DNA from: Candidatus Hydrogenedentota bacterium
Lineage (GTDB): Bacteria; Hydrogenedentota; Hydrogenedentia; Hydrogenedentales; SLHB01
Direction: 5' to 3'
Assembly (NCBI GenBank): GCA_045863335.1
Contig: BTVY01000014.1
Span: forward strand, 1-64,000
DNA: 64,000 nucleotides
Part shown: positions 28,246-38,534 of the stretch, piece after piece
Layout of the letters: each line of letters starts with the position of its first letter
Numbering within the stretch: position 1 is the stretch's first letter
Translations under genes and position numbers: made by a program
Notes under the pieces: model-generated
Told to the model about the DNA's origin: nothing
What the model saw: the letters and a program-made list of their open reading frames with translations, nothing else
Databases searched by the model: none

Positions 28246-30558
28246 TCACAACACATCCATCATCGATTGCGCCGACAGTTCGCCTTCGTGCAATACGTCC
28301 CCGGCAGCGCGGCCTGATACGGCAGTGTACGGCGCGAGGGCGGTGTCCCACCCGTTTCCGCCGTTGAATACGTGGAGCGCGCGGTGTCCGTAGAGTGCGG
28401 CGCCCGTTGCCGCGTCGCCGATCGCGCGGATGCACGGCATGTAGGGACCAGCGACCCAGGCTGCATCCGAGTCCACGTCGAAACCATGTGCATCAATCGC
28501 GGTGGACCGGACGCCCTCATCCAGTGCGCCGGCAAAAAGGCACCAGACTCCGGCATCGCCGAGGCCGACGAGGTCCACGGGGATTCCATCCGGAATCACG
28601 CGCCGCGCGTGAATGAGGGCGGCCATGACGTCTTGAATGCGGTACGCCGTATCCGTCGGCAGGAAGGTGTCGGGATATGCCGTGGAGCGGCGTTTAGTGG
28701 CGTTCTCACCAATCCGGAACGGGTCCACCGTGACCACGACTTTGCCCGCGTCCATGAGTTGACGCAGGTAGTCTCCTGGCCCGCCGGAAGGCGCGTCCGC
28801 CAATGCGGCTTTGCCGTCGCCGTGAACAAGTACAACCGCGCCCGTGGGCTGATTGTCTGCGGGACGGAAGACCAGCGCCGGAATCGCGCTCGCCGCGTCG
28901 TGGGACAGGAGCACCCCTTCCACGCTGTACCCGTCGGCATTGTGCGTGCTGATGGTAGACGAGGTCACGGAGTCTTCACACGGAAGCTCGGCCGCGACGA
29001 TGTCCGCAAGCGCCGGTTTGGCGAATGAACGGAAGGCGAGATAGTCGCCGGAATTTGCCGGGAGTTGGGCCGCCCACTTCGCGCGCGTCGCGTCTACGAT
29101 CTCGGTCATCAACTGCTCGTACCCGGGGTATTCGGCGGGCGGTGTGCCGTCGGGAAAATTGCGGAGGTTCTCTTCGGGTTCCAGCGTGTACGCCGGTTCC
29201 GTGAAGTTTGCGTACTTCGCTTCCTCACCCAGGATCCATTTCCCGAAGAAGCGATACACCGCTTCGCGGCTGTCCTGGTTGTAGTTGTGGCTCGCATCGA
29301 TGTGGACATTCGCTACACGATCCGCGGCGTCGTAGAGGTCGTAGATGCCGCGGATTGCGGGATACTCGAAGTTTGGCGTTTCGCGCGTCCAGTCGCCGGT
29401 CGCGGAAACCATCATCATCGGACGCGGCGCGGCGAGCGCGCCCACTTCCATGTTGCTCGCGTTAAAGCGAATGATAGGCGCATTCTCGCACACGCATCCA
29501 CCCTGCATGGAATGGGAGATCATGTTGACCGGCGCGGAGACCTTGACGCGCTGGTCCACGGCGTTGAGCGCGAAGGTCTGCGTGCCGCCGCCGGAAGCGC
29601 CGGTGCAGTTCAGCTTGTTGGGATCGACGTAGGGAAGCGTTTCCATGAAATCGAGGGCGCGAATGCTGGACCACAACTGAACCGAAAACGGATGAAGCCC
29701 CCACAAGGCCAATTCTCCGCGGTCCGTGTCAGGCATGCCGAAATCGTGCTTCAATTGGCAACTGTCGTTGTAGCCGACCATATCATAGCTGAACACGACC
29801 ATTCCCATGCGCGCCATGGTGATGCAGCGGGCCGGCACCGAACCGCGTTCGCCGTCCTCCAGGCGGCCCTTTTCCCAATGGCCATGAGGGCAAATCACGG
29901 CGGGGAAGGGGCCGTCGCCCACGGGCCGGTAGAGGTTGCCGGTGACCAGTAAACCGGGGTGGGCTTCAAAGTACGCCTTCTCGACGATATAGTCGGGATG
30001 CTCGATCGCGTCGTAGACCTTGGCATTGAGCGGCGTGCGTTCCGGCAGCGGATAGAGCCCGCACGCGACCAGGAACCGGCGCCGCAACCCTTCCGCGTAG
30101 GACTCCCACGCGTCGAGGTCTTCAAAGGGGGTCATGAAAAACAGCGTGTTTGTGCCGCGATCGATCTCGCCACGCATATCGCCTGAGGGCTGGGGTTGGT
30201 CGAACACGCGCATGGCCTGCATGGCTTTCGCGGGATCGAAGTTCGGATCGCGTGACCCGGCAACCGCCGCCACTTTGTCGGGCTTTGTGAATGTTACTTT
30301 CACTGTGCCGGCCGTGAGCGGAACCGCGCCGATGGTGCGCCAGGTGAACTTGCCGTCGCTCTTCTCGTCGTTTGGAATCTCCACCTCGCCCGCCGCGGAC
30401 GAAGCCCAGCCCGCCCCGTCCTGCGCCCAGAACCAGATCGTGTACTCGCCATCGGCCGGAATCGTGATGCCCTTCTGCTGGGCATCAATTGCATCGGCCC
30501 AAACGAAACCGTCTCCCTGGATCGTGACTCCCAACATCGCAAGCAGCACGATGGCCAT
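28246..30558 (-). CDS. secreted alpha/beta hydrolase, acetylxylan esterase-like, with a second degenerate hydrolase domain
   Basis: CPHGHW, YDMVGY, nucleophile elbow TGASGGGTQT, GGCVCEN, HNYN. Confidence 0.8.
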   Translation of the reverse strand: MAIVLLAMLGVTIQGDGFVWADAIDAQQKGITIPADGEYTIWFWAQDGAGWASSAAGEVEIPNDEKSDGKFTWRTIGAVPLTAGTVKVTFTKPDKVAAVAGSRDPNFDPAKAMQAMRVFDQPQPSGDMRGEIDRGTNTLFFMTPFEDLDAWESYAEGLRRRFLVACGLYPLPERTPLNAKVYDAIEHPDYIVEKAYFEAHPGLLVTGNLYRPVGDGPFPAVICPHGHWEKGRLEDGERGSVPARCITMARMGMVVFSYDMVGYNDSCQLKHDFGMPDTDRGELALWGLHPFSVQLWSSIRALDFMETLPYVDPNKLNCTGASGGGTQTFALNAVDQRVKVSAPVNMISHSMQGGCVCENAPIIRFNASNMEVGALAAPRPMMMVSATGDWTRETPNFEYPAIRGIYDLYDAADRVANVHIDASHNYNQDSREAVYRFFGKWILGEEAKYANFTEPAYTLEPEENLRNFPDGTPPAEYPGYEQLMTEIVDATRAKWAAQLPANSGDYLAFRSFAKPALADIVAAELPCEDSVTSSTISTHNADGYSVEGVLLSHDAASAIPALVFRPADNQPTGAVVLVHGDGKAALADAPSGGPGDYLRQLMDAGKVVVTVDPFRIGENATKRRSTAYPDTFLPTDTAYRIQDVMAALIHARRVIPDGIPVDLVGLGDAGVWCLFAGALDEGVRSTAIDAHGFDVDSDAAWVAGPYMPCIRAIGDAATGAALYGHRALHVFNGGNGWDTALAPYTAVSGRAAGDVLHEGELSAQSMMDVL

Positions 30559-30712
30559 CGTCGCATCTCCTGTCTGGTAAATGGAGCGGGAAGCGGTATT
30601 CCCGCGTCGCGGCAATTGGTTCAGCCTAGCGTATTGCTGGCCGGGACCGCAACGCATGAATGAATTGCGTCACAAGACCGCGGGAAAGGCCGGAAGCATG
30701 CCCAACCAGGTT

Positions 30713-31729
30713 TCAGATCAGATAGTTTTCCATAAGGTACTTGAAGGTCGGCGCGTTTTCCTGGGTTACGACCGGGTTGTCGATATGCATGAAATCGGGG
30801 ACGTCTTCCTTCTTCTGGCCCATGGCGCAGGCGAAGTAGCCGACCATGAGTGCCGTCCAGTGGATGCGGCCGGCGGCGTTCATGGCCGAGCAGATGAGAT
30901 CGCCATTAAGGACGCCGTTGATACCCTGTTCCTGCGCGTCGATGCTCCCGAAAACGATGGGGCGGGTGACGCCCGCGCGTTTGACGGCCTGCACGGCGGC
31001 CATGGCCATGTCATCGTTGTGGCAGAACGCGCCGTCAATGTCCTTGTACTTCACGAGCAAGTCATCCCAGATGCGGCTGACCTTGTTGATGTCCCAGTCG
31101 CCGGGTTGTTCATCAACGACTTCGACTTCGGGATACTTGGCGACCACATTGTGAAAGCCCTTGGCACGGAGTTGCGCGCCGGTGTGAGACAGCGCGCCCT
31201 GGGTGTGCACGATCTTCCCTTTTCCGCCCATCTGTTGGATGATGATTTCCGTGGCGCGCTCCGCCTGGCCTTCGTGGTCCGGCGTCATGAAGGTCCAGAG
31301 TCCGATATCCTCGCCTTCGGGCACGATGCGCGTGTCGTAGTCGATGACCGGAACGCCTTTTTCGATAAGCCGTTTGACCGGCTCTTCGAGCGTCTTGATG
31401 GCATAGGCCTGAATGGCGACGAAGTCCCAGTCCTTGGTGGCCATGTCCTCGATGTCCTGGCGCTGCTTATCGATCGTGAACTGGGAGTCGTAGACCGTGA
31501 TGTCGACGCCAAGCCAATTCCCCCAGCGCTTCACAGTCTCGATGCCGTGGGCGCACCACGTGGATTGAAGTCCCGTGTTGGAGAAGGCGGCCTTGTAACG
31601 TTTGCCTTCTTCACCCGACGCGATGGTGGGTGCTGCGGCGGGATTGCACCCAAGTATCGTTGCGAGGCTCCCCATCCCCATCGACGCCGCCGACCACTGC
31701 AAGAAACCACGCCTCGATTCTGAACTCAT
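30713..31729 (-). CDS. Tat-exported sugar ABC substrate-binding (lipo)protein, RbsB-like
   Basis: SRRGFL and ILGC lipobox; RAKGF, GDWD, HNDDMA motifs. Confidence 0.87.
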   Translation of the reverse strand: MSSESRRGFLQWSAASMGMGSLATILGCNPAAAPTIASGEEGKRYKAAFSNTGLQSTWCAHGIETVKRWGNWLGVDITVYDSQFTIDKQRQDIEDMATKDWDFVAIQAYAIKTLEEPVKRLIEKGVPVIDYDTRIVPEGEDIGLWTFMTPDHEGQAERATEIIIQQMGGKGKIVHTQGALSHTGAQLRAKGFHNVVAKYPEVEVVDEQPGDWDINKVSRIWDDLLVKYKDIDGAFCHNDDMAMAAVQAVKRAGVTRPIVFGSIDAQEQGINGVLNGDLICSAMNAAGRIHWTALMVGYFACAMGQKKEDVPDFMHIDNPVVTQENAPTFKYLMENYLI

Positions 31730-31847
31730 GGAACGCCCCTTTCCCCGTTTGGCCACTGGCTTGAAATGCGATAGGCAGTGTAGCACCCCGAGGAAAGACA
31801 ACGCCACAGGGGAAGTGAGGAGTGATCGCCCGGCGCGGCATAAGTCC

Positions 31848-31900
31848 AAATTCAAAATCCTAAGCTCGAAATCCGAAACAAATTCGAATGACCAAAATGC
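31848..31900. repeat. degenerate heptamer tandem repeat
   Basis: AAATTCA AAATCCT AAGCTCG AAATCCG AAAC AAATTCG AATGACC AAAATGC. Confidence 0.55.
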
Positions 31901-31965
31901 AGAAGAGGCTCTCCGTGGCTTGGGCGTCCTCGGCCAAGAACGCCTCTGGGCGTATCCCTCCGGAA

Positions 31966-32001
31966 CAAGAGAAAGGCGCCTTGGCGATCGGCCAAGGCGC
32001 C
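31966..32001 (-). terminator. intrinsic terminator after the ppiD-like gene
   Basis: GGCGCCTTGG/CCAAGGCGCC stem followed by TTTCTCTT on the minus strand. Confidence 0.6.
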
Positions 32002-32023
32002 CTGGGTTTGGGCAATATGATTG

Positions 32024-34069
32024 CTATTCAGCCGGTGCGTCGGGTGTTTCCACGGGTGCCGCATCTGCCGGTCTTTCCTGCGGGGTCGTGTCCGCTGGTG
32101 CTGCCGATTCCGGGGTCGTTACCTCGACGTCCGTCGTGATGTTGGCTGCGCCGTCCTGCCCAGGCATGGTTACTTTCACGGTGGGCTCATCGATCGTGAT
32201 GGTCCCGCCATCTTCCGTGGGGGCGTCGCCTGCCGGTTCCGGCTCATTGAGGCCGAGCGCCTCCATGAACGCCGCTTGATTCACAGGATAAGGCGTCGTT
32301 TCCCGCAGGGCACGAAGCCGGTCGTCGAGCCGACCTTGGCGCGCCATGTCATACGCCATTCGTCGCATGGACTGCTCCGCCTCCGGCCATTCCTCCTCCC
32401 ACATTTCCTCGGTCGGCGGGGTGCGCCCCGCGACTTCCAGGAAGTAGGTGTCGCCGACCATGTCCGTGAGGGGGCCGGCCAGAGCGCCGACTTCCTTTTC
32501 ACCAACGGCTGCATAGAGGTCGCGCGGCATCCAGGGCGGCGCAGAACCGAAGCTGAAATCTTTTAGCGAGTAATCTTCCGCGGTCTCGATCGTGGCGTTC
32601 ATGTCGGGGAACATGGCCGGAATGTCGTCAAGCGAGTTCGCCTGCTCTTCAATCTGGTCTACAGCTTCCTGTACGCGAGCGGCATATTCCGGCGAACGGC
32701 GCATCTCGGCGATGGTGCGTTCACGGACCTTATCGCGCACCGCCTCGAGCGGTTGCGGCTGCGGGGCTTCGTAACCGATGATCTTGGCAACATAGAGGTT
32801 CTCGCGACCCGACACCACATTCGACACTGCGCCTTCATCCACCGCGGAAAGCGTGGCGCGGAAGAAACGCGCGTCGTCAGACAGAACGTTCTCGATAGTC
32901 AGAGAGTCCGTCGAGAACATGTCGGTTTCCTTGACTTCCAGCCCGTATTCCGACGCGACGGCAGCGAGGTCCTTGGATTCCTGTGCCTTCGTCGCGATTT
33001 CTTCCGCTTTGGCACGGCGCGCTTCCATTTCTTCCGGGTCGAGTGCAGCGCGCAACACGATCTCACGGGCCTTGACGTCGCGCTGGCCGCTCAGTTCGCT
33101 CGTTCGCTCCTCATCGACTTTGTAAATGTAGTAGCCGGCAGGTCCCTTGACCGGTTCGCTTACGTCGCCCGGCTGAAGCGCGAACAGGACTTTCTGATAC
33201 TCGGGCAACGACAGACTTTCGGCAATCCAGCCGATGTCGCCGCCGTCTTCCTTTGTATCACCTTCGGAGAACTCCTTGGCCAACTCGGCAAAATCCTCTC
33301 CGGCGCGGGCGCGTTCGACGAGTTCATCCGCGAGGGGTGGCGTCGGCGCGGCAATCGGGATCGCTACGAACGCCGCTTTCCGTTTCGCGGGGAGGCTGAA
33401 CGCATCCGAGTTTTCATCATACGTGGCCTGGATCTCTGCGTCGGTCGGCTCGATGGGAGGCTCGATCTTGACGTACCGCAAGTCGAGCGTCGTGTTTTCC
33501 TTCTCGAACTGTTCGCGCAGTTCCGATTCGAGGACTCGCCCGGAGGCCATGAGCCGTTCAAGGTAGAGCTCCCGCCCGACCTGACTCCTGAGACTCTCGT
33601 AGATGGCATTCCAGTTTACGTCGCCGCGCTCGACCACGTCGTTCCAGGCCCGGGGATCGAAATTACCGTTTTGATCCTGGAACTCGGGCAGTTCCTTCAT
33701 GCGCTCGGTGAGGTATTCCTGATCGATGTCATACCCCTGGGCCGCGGCTTGTTTCGTAACGATGTCGCGGCTAACCAGCGATTCGAGTACGCGCAATGCC
33801 GTGCCGTCCGCCATCATCTGTTCCACGGAAGGCTGGCGGCCGAACTGGGCCATGCGATCCCGTTCCACGTAGAGCGCCTGGCGGAAATCATCCGCTGTGA
33901 TGGTCATTTCCCCGGATACGATTGGTTCGGGGCCGTAGTTGGCCGCGTCATCTCCGGAGCCTGCGCCGAAAGACCCGCCCCACAGCACGAAAGGACCGAC
34001 AATGAGAACGAGAATGATCCACAACAACAAACGCCGGTGCTTGCGCATCAGGTCCTGAACGATGAACAT
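32024..34069 (-). CDS. PpiD-like membrane-anchored chaperone/PPIase
   Basis: N-terminal TM, SurA_N-like region, FAELAKEFSE..GGDIGW parvulin domain, acidic tail. Confidence 0.85.
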   Translation of the reverse strand: MFIVQDLMRKHRRLLLWIILVLIVGPFVLWGGSFGAGSGDDAANYGPEPIVSGEMTITADDFRQALYVERDRMAQFGRQPSVEQMMADGTALRVLESLVSRDIVTKQAAAQGYDIDQEYLTERMKELPEFQDQNGNFDPRAWNDVVERGDVNWNAIYESLRSQVGRELYLERLMASGRVLESELREQFEKENTTLDLRYVKIEPPIEPTDAEIQATYDENSDAFSLPAKRKAAFVAIPIAAPTPPLADELVERARAGEDFAELAKEFSEGDTKEDGGDIGWIAESLSLPEYQKVLFALQPGDVSEPVKGPAGYYIYKVDEERTSELSGQRDVKAREIVLRAALDPEEMEARRAKAEEIATKAQESKDLAAVASEYGLEVKETDMFSTDSLTIENVLSDDARFFRATLSAVDEGAVSNVVSGRENLYVAKIIGYEAPQPQPLEAVRDKVRERTIAEMRRSPEYAARVQEAVDQIEEQANSLDDIPAMFPDMNATIETAEDYSLKDFSFGSAPPWMPRDLYAAVGEKEVGALAGPLTDMVGDTYFLEVAGRTPPTEEMWEEEWPEAEQSMRRMAYDMARQGRLDDRLRALRETTPYPVNQAAFMEALGLNEPEPAGDAPTEDGGTITIDEPTVKVTMPGQDGAANITTDVEVTTPESAAPADTTPQERPADAAPVETPDAPAE

Positions 34070-34212
34070 GGATAGGAGACTCCTTCGAAAGACGACGCCA
34101 ACGTATGAAAAGTGCGAGGAACAAAAGATTCATGCCTTCGCCCGTAACCGGAGGAGCTTAGCAAATGGCGGGCGGAACGCGCAACCAAGCTGCGAAAATC
34201 GGGCTTCGGCCT

Positions 34213-34242
34213 TTGACACATCGCGCCGCCGGGTGCTAGACT
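34213..34242 (+). promoter_or_regulatory. sigma70 promoter of the second PilT/PilU gene
   Basis: TTGACA, 18 bp spacer, TGC-TAGACT. Confidence 0.55.
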
Positions 34243-34297
34243 CCCGCGATTTTTTTCCACGATAAACCGGCCAATCGAGTAGAGGACTGCCTCTCCC

Positions 34298-35794
34298 ATG
34301 TCACTTGTAATCGGCACCAATTCCCGGAGCACCATCCTTGACGTGTTCCGCACCGGCGTTCATGAAGTCATCCGCAAAATGGGACTGCCTGTCGAACTGA
34401 ACTTCAAGTCCGACCACACGGAAATGGTCGCGCGTTCCAAGGATTTTGGCAAACGTGTGGACTATTATCGAATCGACTTCCCCTTGAAGGAAGGCGTCGA
34501 ACCCGAATCCATACGAAGCCAACTCGAAACCGCGCGTATTCCGAACCAGGTAAAGGTCAACGAGGGCCGGTGTTCGCTGATTCTACCTCCTTTTGAGTGG
34601 ACGCAGATTCAGCAACTCGCCCCGGTGGACAAGATCGTCCAGGAGAACGCGGCGCACACGCTCCGATCGCGCTCCTGGCAAGTCAGCATTCAGTCGTTCC
34701 GCCGCTTCGATTTCAACATCAACATCCTTATCGAAGAGATGATGCAGAACAAGGGCTCGGACATTCACCTGCGCGCGGGCGCGCCACCATATATGCGCAT
34801 CGATGGCGATCTGAAGCCCCTCGACCTTCCGCCGCTCAGCGCCGACGACATGCGCGAAGTGGTGTTCCAACTGGGCGGCCAACAGCAGGTGGATCAGTTG
34901 GAGACCGAAAAAGAAAGCAGCTTCCAATACCACCTCGCCGGTATCGCGTATTTGCGGTGCAGTGGCTACATCAAGATGGGCGCCATGGGACTCGCGATCC
35001 GGTTCATTCCTGAGGAGCCAATCCCGTTTGAGGACTTAAACCTTCCCAGCCACGTGCGTGATATCGCCGACGCCCATCGCGGGCTGTTCCTCGTATGCGG
35101 CGTTACCGGTAGCGGCAAGTCGACCACTCTCGCCGCCATGGTCGATCACATCAACGCGACGCGGCACGCGCACATCATCACGACAGAAGATCCCATCGAG
35201 TTCGTGTATTCGGACAAGAAGAGCATTGTGTCGCAGCGGCAGGTGGGGCGCGACACGTACTCGTTTGCGAATGCCCTGCGCGGCGCCTTGCGCGAAGACC
35301 CCGACGTCGTGCTGGTGGGCGAAATGCGCGACCGCGAAACGATCCGCGCGGCCATCAGTGCAGCATCGACGGGTCACCTGGTGTTGAGCACGCTGCATAC
35401 CATGACCGCGGTGGACACGGTGAACCGCATCATCAGCTACTTCCCCAACGACGAGCGCGACGTGATTCGCCAGGAGTTGGCGTACACGCTGAAAGGCGTT
35501 TGCTGCCAGCGTCTGTTGAAGAAGGTCGGTGGCGGACGCATCCCGTGCATCGAGCTGCTGCTCTGCAACCTGCCCATGGTGCGCGACGCCATCCTCGAAG
35601 GCGACATACAACGCCTGTACAACGTCATTGAAGTCGATTCCGAAATGAAGAGTTTCGACCAGTACGCGGTGGAGTTGTACAAGAAGGGGCTGGTCACGCG
35701 TGAGGAAGCCGTGTCGGCGTGTAGCGATGAGGAGGCGTTCCAGCGCGTCATCACGGGTATTAAAGGAACCGAAGGCCGCAAGCTGCTGAAGTAG
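34298..35794 (+). CDS. PilT/PilU family ATPase with ~140 aa N-terminal extension
   Basis: GSDIHL, GVTGSGKST, EDPIEF, LREDPD, GHLVLSTLHT. Confidence 0.88.
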   Translation: MSLVIGTNSRSTILDVFRTGVHEVIRKMGLPVELNFKSDHTEMVARSKDFGKRVDYYRIDFPLKEGVEPESIRSQLETARIPNQVKVNEGRCSLILPPFEWTQIQQLAPVDKIVQENAAHTLRSRSWQVSIQSFRRFDFNINILIEEMMQNKGSDIHLRAGAPPYMRIDGDLKPLDLPPLSADDMREVVFQLGGQQQVDQLETEKESSFQYHLAGIAYLRCSGYIKMGAMGLAIRFIPEEPIPFEDLNLPSHVRDIADAHRGLFLVCGVTGSGKSTTLAAMVDHINATRHAHIITTEDPIEFVYSDKKSIVSQRQVGRDTYSFANALRGALREDPDVVLVGEMRDRETIRAAISAASTGHLVLSTLHTMTAVDTVNRIISYFPNDERDVIRQELAYTLKGVCCQRLLKKVGGGRIPCIELLLCNLPMVRDAILEGDIQRLYNVIEVDSEMKSFDQYAVELYKKGLVTREEAVSACSDEEAFQRVITGIKGTEGRKLLK

Positions 35795-35820
35795 GCCCCG
35801 CATGTTCGCGGATGGAACGG

Positions 35821-38445
35821 TCAAGCCCGGCAGCGGACCATCTGGCAGATCAGGTTTGCCACAAGACCGGTCCAGCCGGTTTGATGATTCGCGCCGAGCC
35901 CGCCGCCCGTGTCGCCGTTGAAGTACTCGTAGAACCAGAATTTGTCCATCCAGTCGGGGCCGGAAAAGAGCGGCGCGTGCTGCCCCCAGAACGGCCTGCC
36001 CTCGTCTCCGTGTTGAAAGATTCGTATCATCCGCCGCGACAACTCGTTGGCGACTTCCTCCAAGGTCACTTCGTTCCCCGATCCGCTGGGGCATTCCACG
36101 GTGAACCGCGGTCCCCAAAAGGCATGGTATCGCTTGAGCGCGTCGATGATCAGATAGTTCACGGGAAACCATATCGGACCCCGCCAATTCGAGTTGCCGC
36201 CGAATAGGGAGCTGGCCGACTCGGCCGGTTCGTACTTCACTTCCGCGCGATACCCGTTCGATTCGAAGACGTACGGATGCTCCAGGTGATGCCGCGAGAG
36301 CGAGCGGATGCCGTAGTCTGACAAGAATTCGTTTTCGTCCAGCATGACGCGCAAGATGCGGCGCAACCGGTCTTGATTGAGGAGCGAAAGACAGCAACGC
36401 CCGGACTCGTGAGGTTCGAAGATGCAGGAAATGCTGCTGGTCAGATCGGGGCGGTGCTCGTAGAACCAATTCATGCGGCGGGCGAAATCGGGAGTCGTTT
36501 TCAGTTTTCCGTGGTCGATGATTTCGACGGCAAGTAGCGGTATCAACCCGACGATGGACCGTAGGCGAATTGGTTCGCGCCGGCCGTCCTCGAATCGGAT
36601 TTGGTCGTAAAAGAAGTTGTCCTCCGGATGCCAGAGGGATTGCCCGGTGCCGTCGATGTTGTAGATGGCATTGGCGATGTAGAGGAAGTGCTCGAAAAAC
36701 TTCGAGGCCGTATCCTCGTAGGCCTTGCTGGTGCCGGTAAGTTCCCAGGCCATGGTGAGCATGCGCAGCGAGTACATGGCCATCCAGCTTGTGGCGTCGC
36801 TCTGTTCAAGCACGCCGCCGGTGGGCAGCGGCTTGCTTCGGTCGAACACGCCGATGTTATCCATCCCGAGAAAGCCGCCGTTGAAGATGTTGTCGCCTTT
36901 GTCGTCCTTGCGATTCACCCACCACGTGAAATTCATGAGGAGTTTCTGAAAAACCGCTTCCAGGAATCGTGTATCGCCTTTGCCGGCGGCTTCGCGTTCC
37001 ATGCGGTAAACCTGAAACGCGGCCCAGGCATGAACCGGTGGATTGGCGTCGGAGAAATTCCATTCGTACGCGGGCAGTTCGCCGTTGGGATGCATGTACC
37101 ATTCCCGCGTGAACAGTTCGATTTGGCGTTTCGCAAACGCGGGATCGATGAGGGCATGCGTCACCGCGTGAAAGGCCGAGTCCCATACGGCGAACCAGGG
37201 GTACTCCCACTTGTCTGGCATGGACAGCACGTCGTCAGTGTAAACGTGCTTCCAATCGTCGTTGCGGACCGTGTTGCGGTTGGGTGGAGGCATCGTGGGA
37301 TCGCCTTTGAGCCAGGTCTCCACCACGTAGTGGTAAAACTGCTTGTTCCAAATCATCCCCGCGAATGCTTGACGCGCGATACGACGTTCATCGTCCGCCA
37401 CCGACTCCGGTATTGCCGCATCGTAGAAGTCGTCGGCCTCGCGAATCGCCTTGGCGATGCAACGTTGCAGAGATTGCTTTGTGGCCGTGTTGGCATCGCT
37501 TCGCGCAAGTTGCAGCAGGAGAGTTCGCGATGCGCCAGGCTCAAGGTCCACCGTGTGACGCGCAGCGCACTTGGTCCCCCCGTCACGCGCAATCCCATGC
37601 TCCTCGCCGCGGACGATGTACCGGTGGATTCCATCTTTGACGTGCTCCGTTGGATTCTCTGCCTGATACAGCCGTTGCCGGTTCGTCTCGTTTTCCGTAA
37701 ACACAATCTCTTCGCAGTCCGGCGCCCAGAACCGGTATGGGCCAAGCGTGTCGTGAATCACCGTAACCGTGTGAGCATCTTCCAACGACAAGGAGGGACG
37801 GAACGCGCGCTCGGTCCACGCCCAGGTGTTACGAAACCATAGCGTCGGAAGGATCGTGAGTTGTGCCGATGCCGAACTGCGATTGGTTATGGTGATGCGG
37901 ATCGCAATGTCTTCCGGCGCCGCTTTGGCGTATTCGATCTGGATATCGTAGAAGCGGCCGTCGTTGAACACGCCTGTGTCCACTAGCTCGAATTCCGGCT
38001 GCGTCTTCGTGCGGCGGCGGCTCTCCCCGGCAAGGAGTTCATAGGGAAACCCGTCGATGGGATAACGGTACAGATACTTCAAGTAACTGTGCGAAGGCGT
38101 TGCGTCAAGATACCAGTAACATTCCTTCACATCCTCGCCCTGGTTGCCGCCGTGGTTGGAAACTCCATAGAGCCGTTCTTTGAGGATGTCGTCTTGCCCG
38201 TTCCACAAGGCGATGGCAAAGCAGAGCCGCTGATGGTTGTCGCTGATCCCGGCAATGCCGTCCTCGCCCCATCGATACGTGTAGGAGCGGGCCATGTCAT
38301 GCGTGACGTATCGCCACGCGTCGCCGTCGGCGGAGTAATCCTCGCGCACGGTGCCCCATTGGCGTTCGGCCAGGTAGGGTCCCCACTTTCGCCAGTGCTT
38401 CTTGCGCGTTGCCGCTTCACGCAGTCGCCGTTCTTCCGCGGTCAT
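35821..38445 (-). CDS. GH63-like (MGH1-type) glucosidase
   Basis: WGPYLAERQWGTVREDYS, MPDKWEYPWFA.WD, NWRGPIW, EYFNGD.G.GLGA.HQTGWT. Confidence 0.88.
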   Translation of the reverse strand: MTAEERRLREAATRKKHWRKWGPYLAERQWGTVREDYSADGDAWRYVTHDMARSYTYRWGEDGIAGISDNHQRLCFAIALWNGQDDILKERLYGVSNHGGNQGEDVKECYWYLDATPSHSYLKYLYRYPIDGFPYELLAGESRRRTKTQPEFELVDTGVFNDGRFYDIQIEYAKAAPEDIAIRITITNRSSASAQLTILPTLWFRNTWAWTERAFRPSLSLEDAHTVTVIHDTLGPYRFWAPDCEEIVFTENETNRQRLYQAENPTEHVKDGIHRYIVRGEEHGIARDGGTKCAARHTVDLEPGASRTLLLQLARSDANTATKQSLQRCIAKAIREADDFYDAAIPESVADDERRIARQAFAGMIWNKQFYHYVVETWLKGDPTMPPPNRNTVRNDDWKHVYTDDVLSMPDKWEYPWFAVWDSAFHAVTHALIDPAFAKRQIELFTREWYMHPNGELPAYEWNFSDANPPVHAWAAFQVYRMEREAAGKGDTRFLEAVFQKLLMNFTWWVNRKDDKGDNIFNGGFLGMDNIGVFDRSKPLPTGGVLEQSDATSWMAMYSLRMLTMAWELTGTSKAYEDTASKFFEHFLYIANAIYNIDGTGQSLWHPEDNFFYDQIRFEDGRREPIRLRSIVGLIPLLAVEIIDHGKLKTTPDFARRMNWFYEHRPDLTSSISCIFEPHESGRCCLSLLNQDRLRRILRVMLDENEFLSDYGIRSLSRHHLEHPYVFESNGYRAEVKYEPAESASSLFGGNSNWRGPIWFPVNYLIIDALKRYHAFWGPRFTVECPSGSGNEVTLEEVANELSRRMIRIFQHGDEGRPFWGQHAPLFSGPDWMDKFWFYEYFNGDTGGGLGANHQTGWTGLVANLICQMVRCRA

Positions 38446-38534
38446 CGTCGGTACTCCATGAGAATGTCAAACGCCGGGACGGAATCGCCGTTACAAGATG
38501 GATTCGATACCGCCGCGATCTCGTGTCGCGCGGT

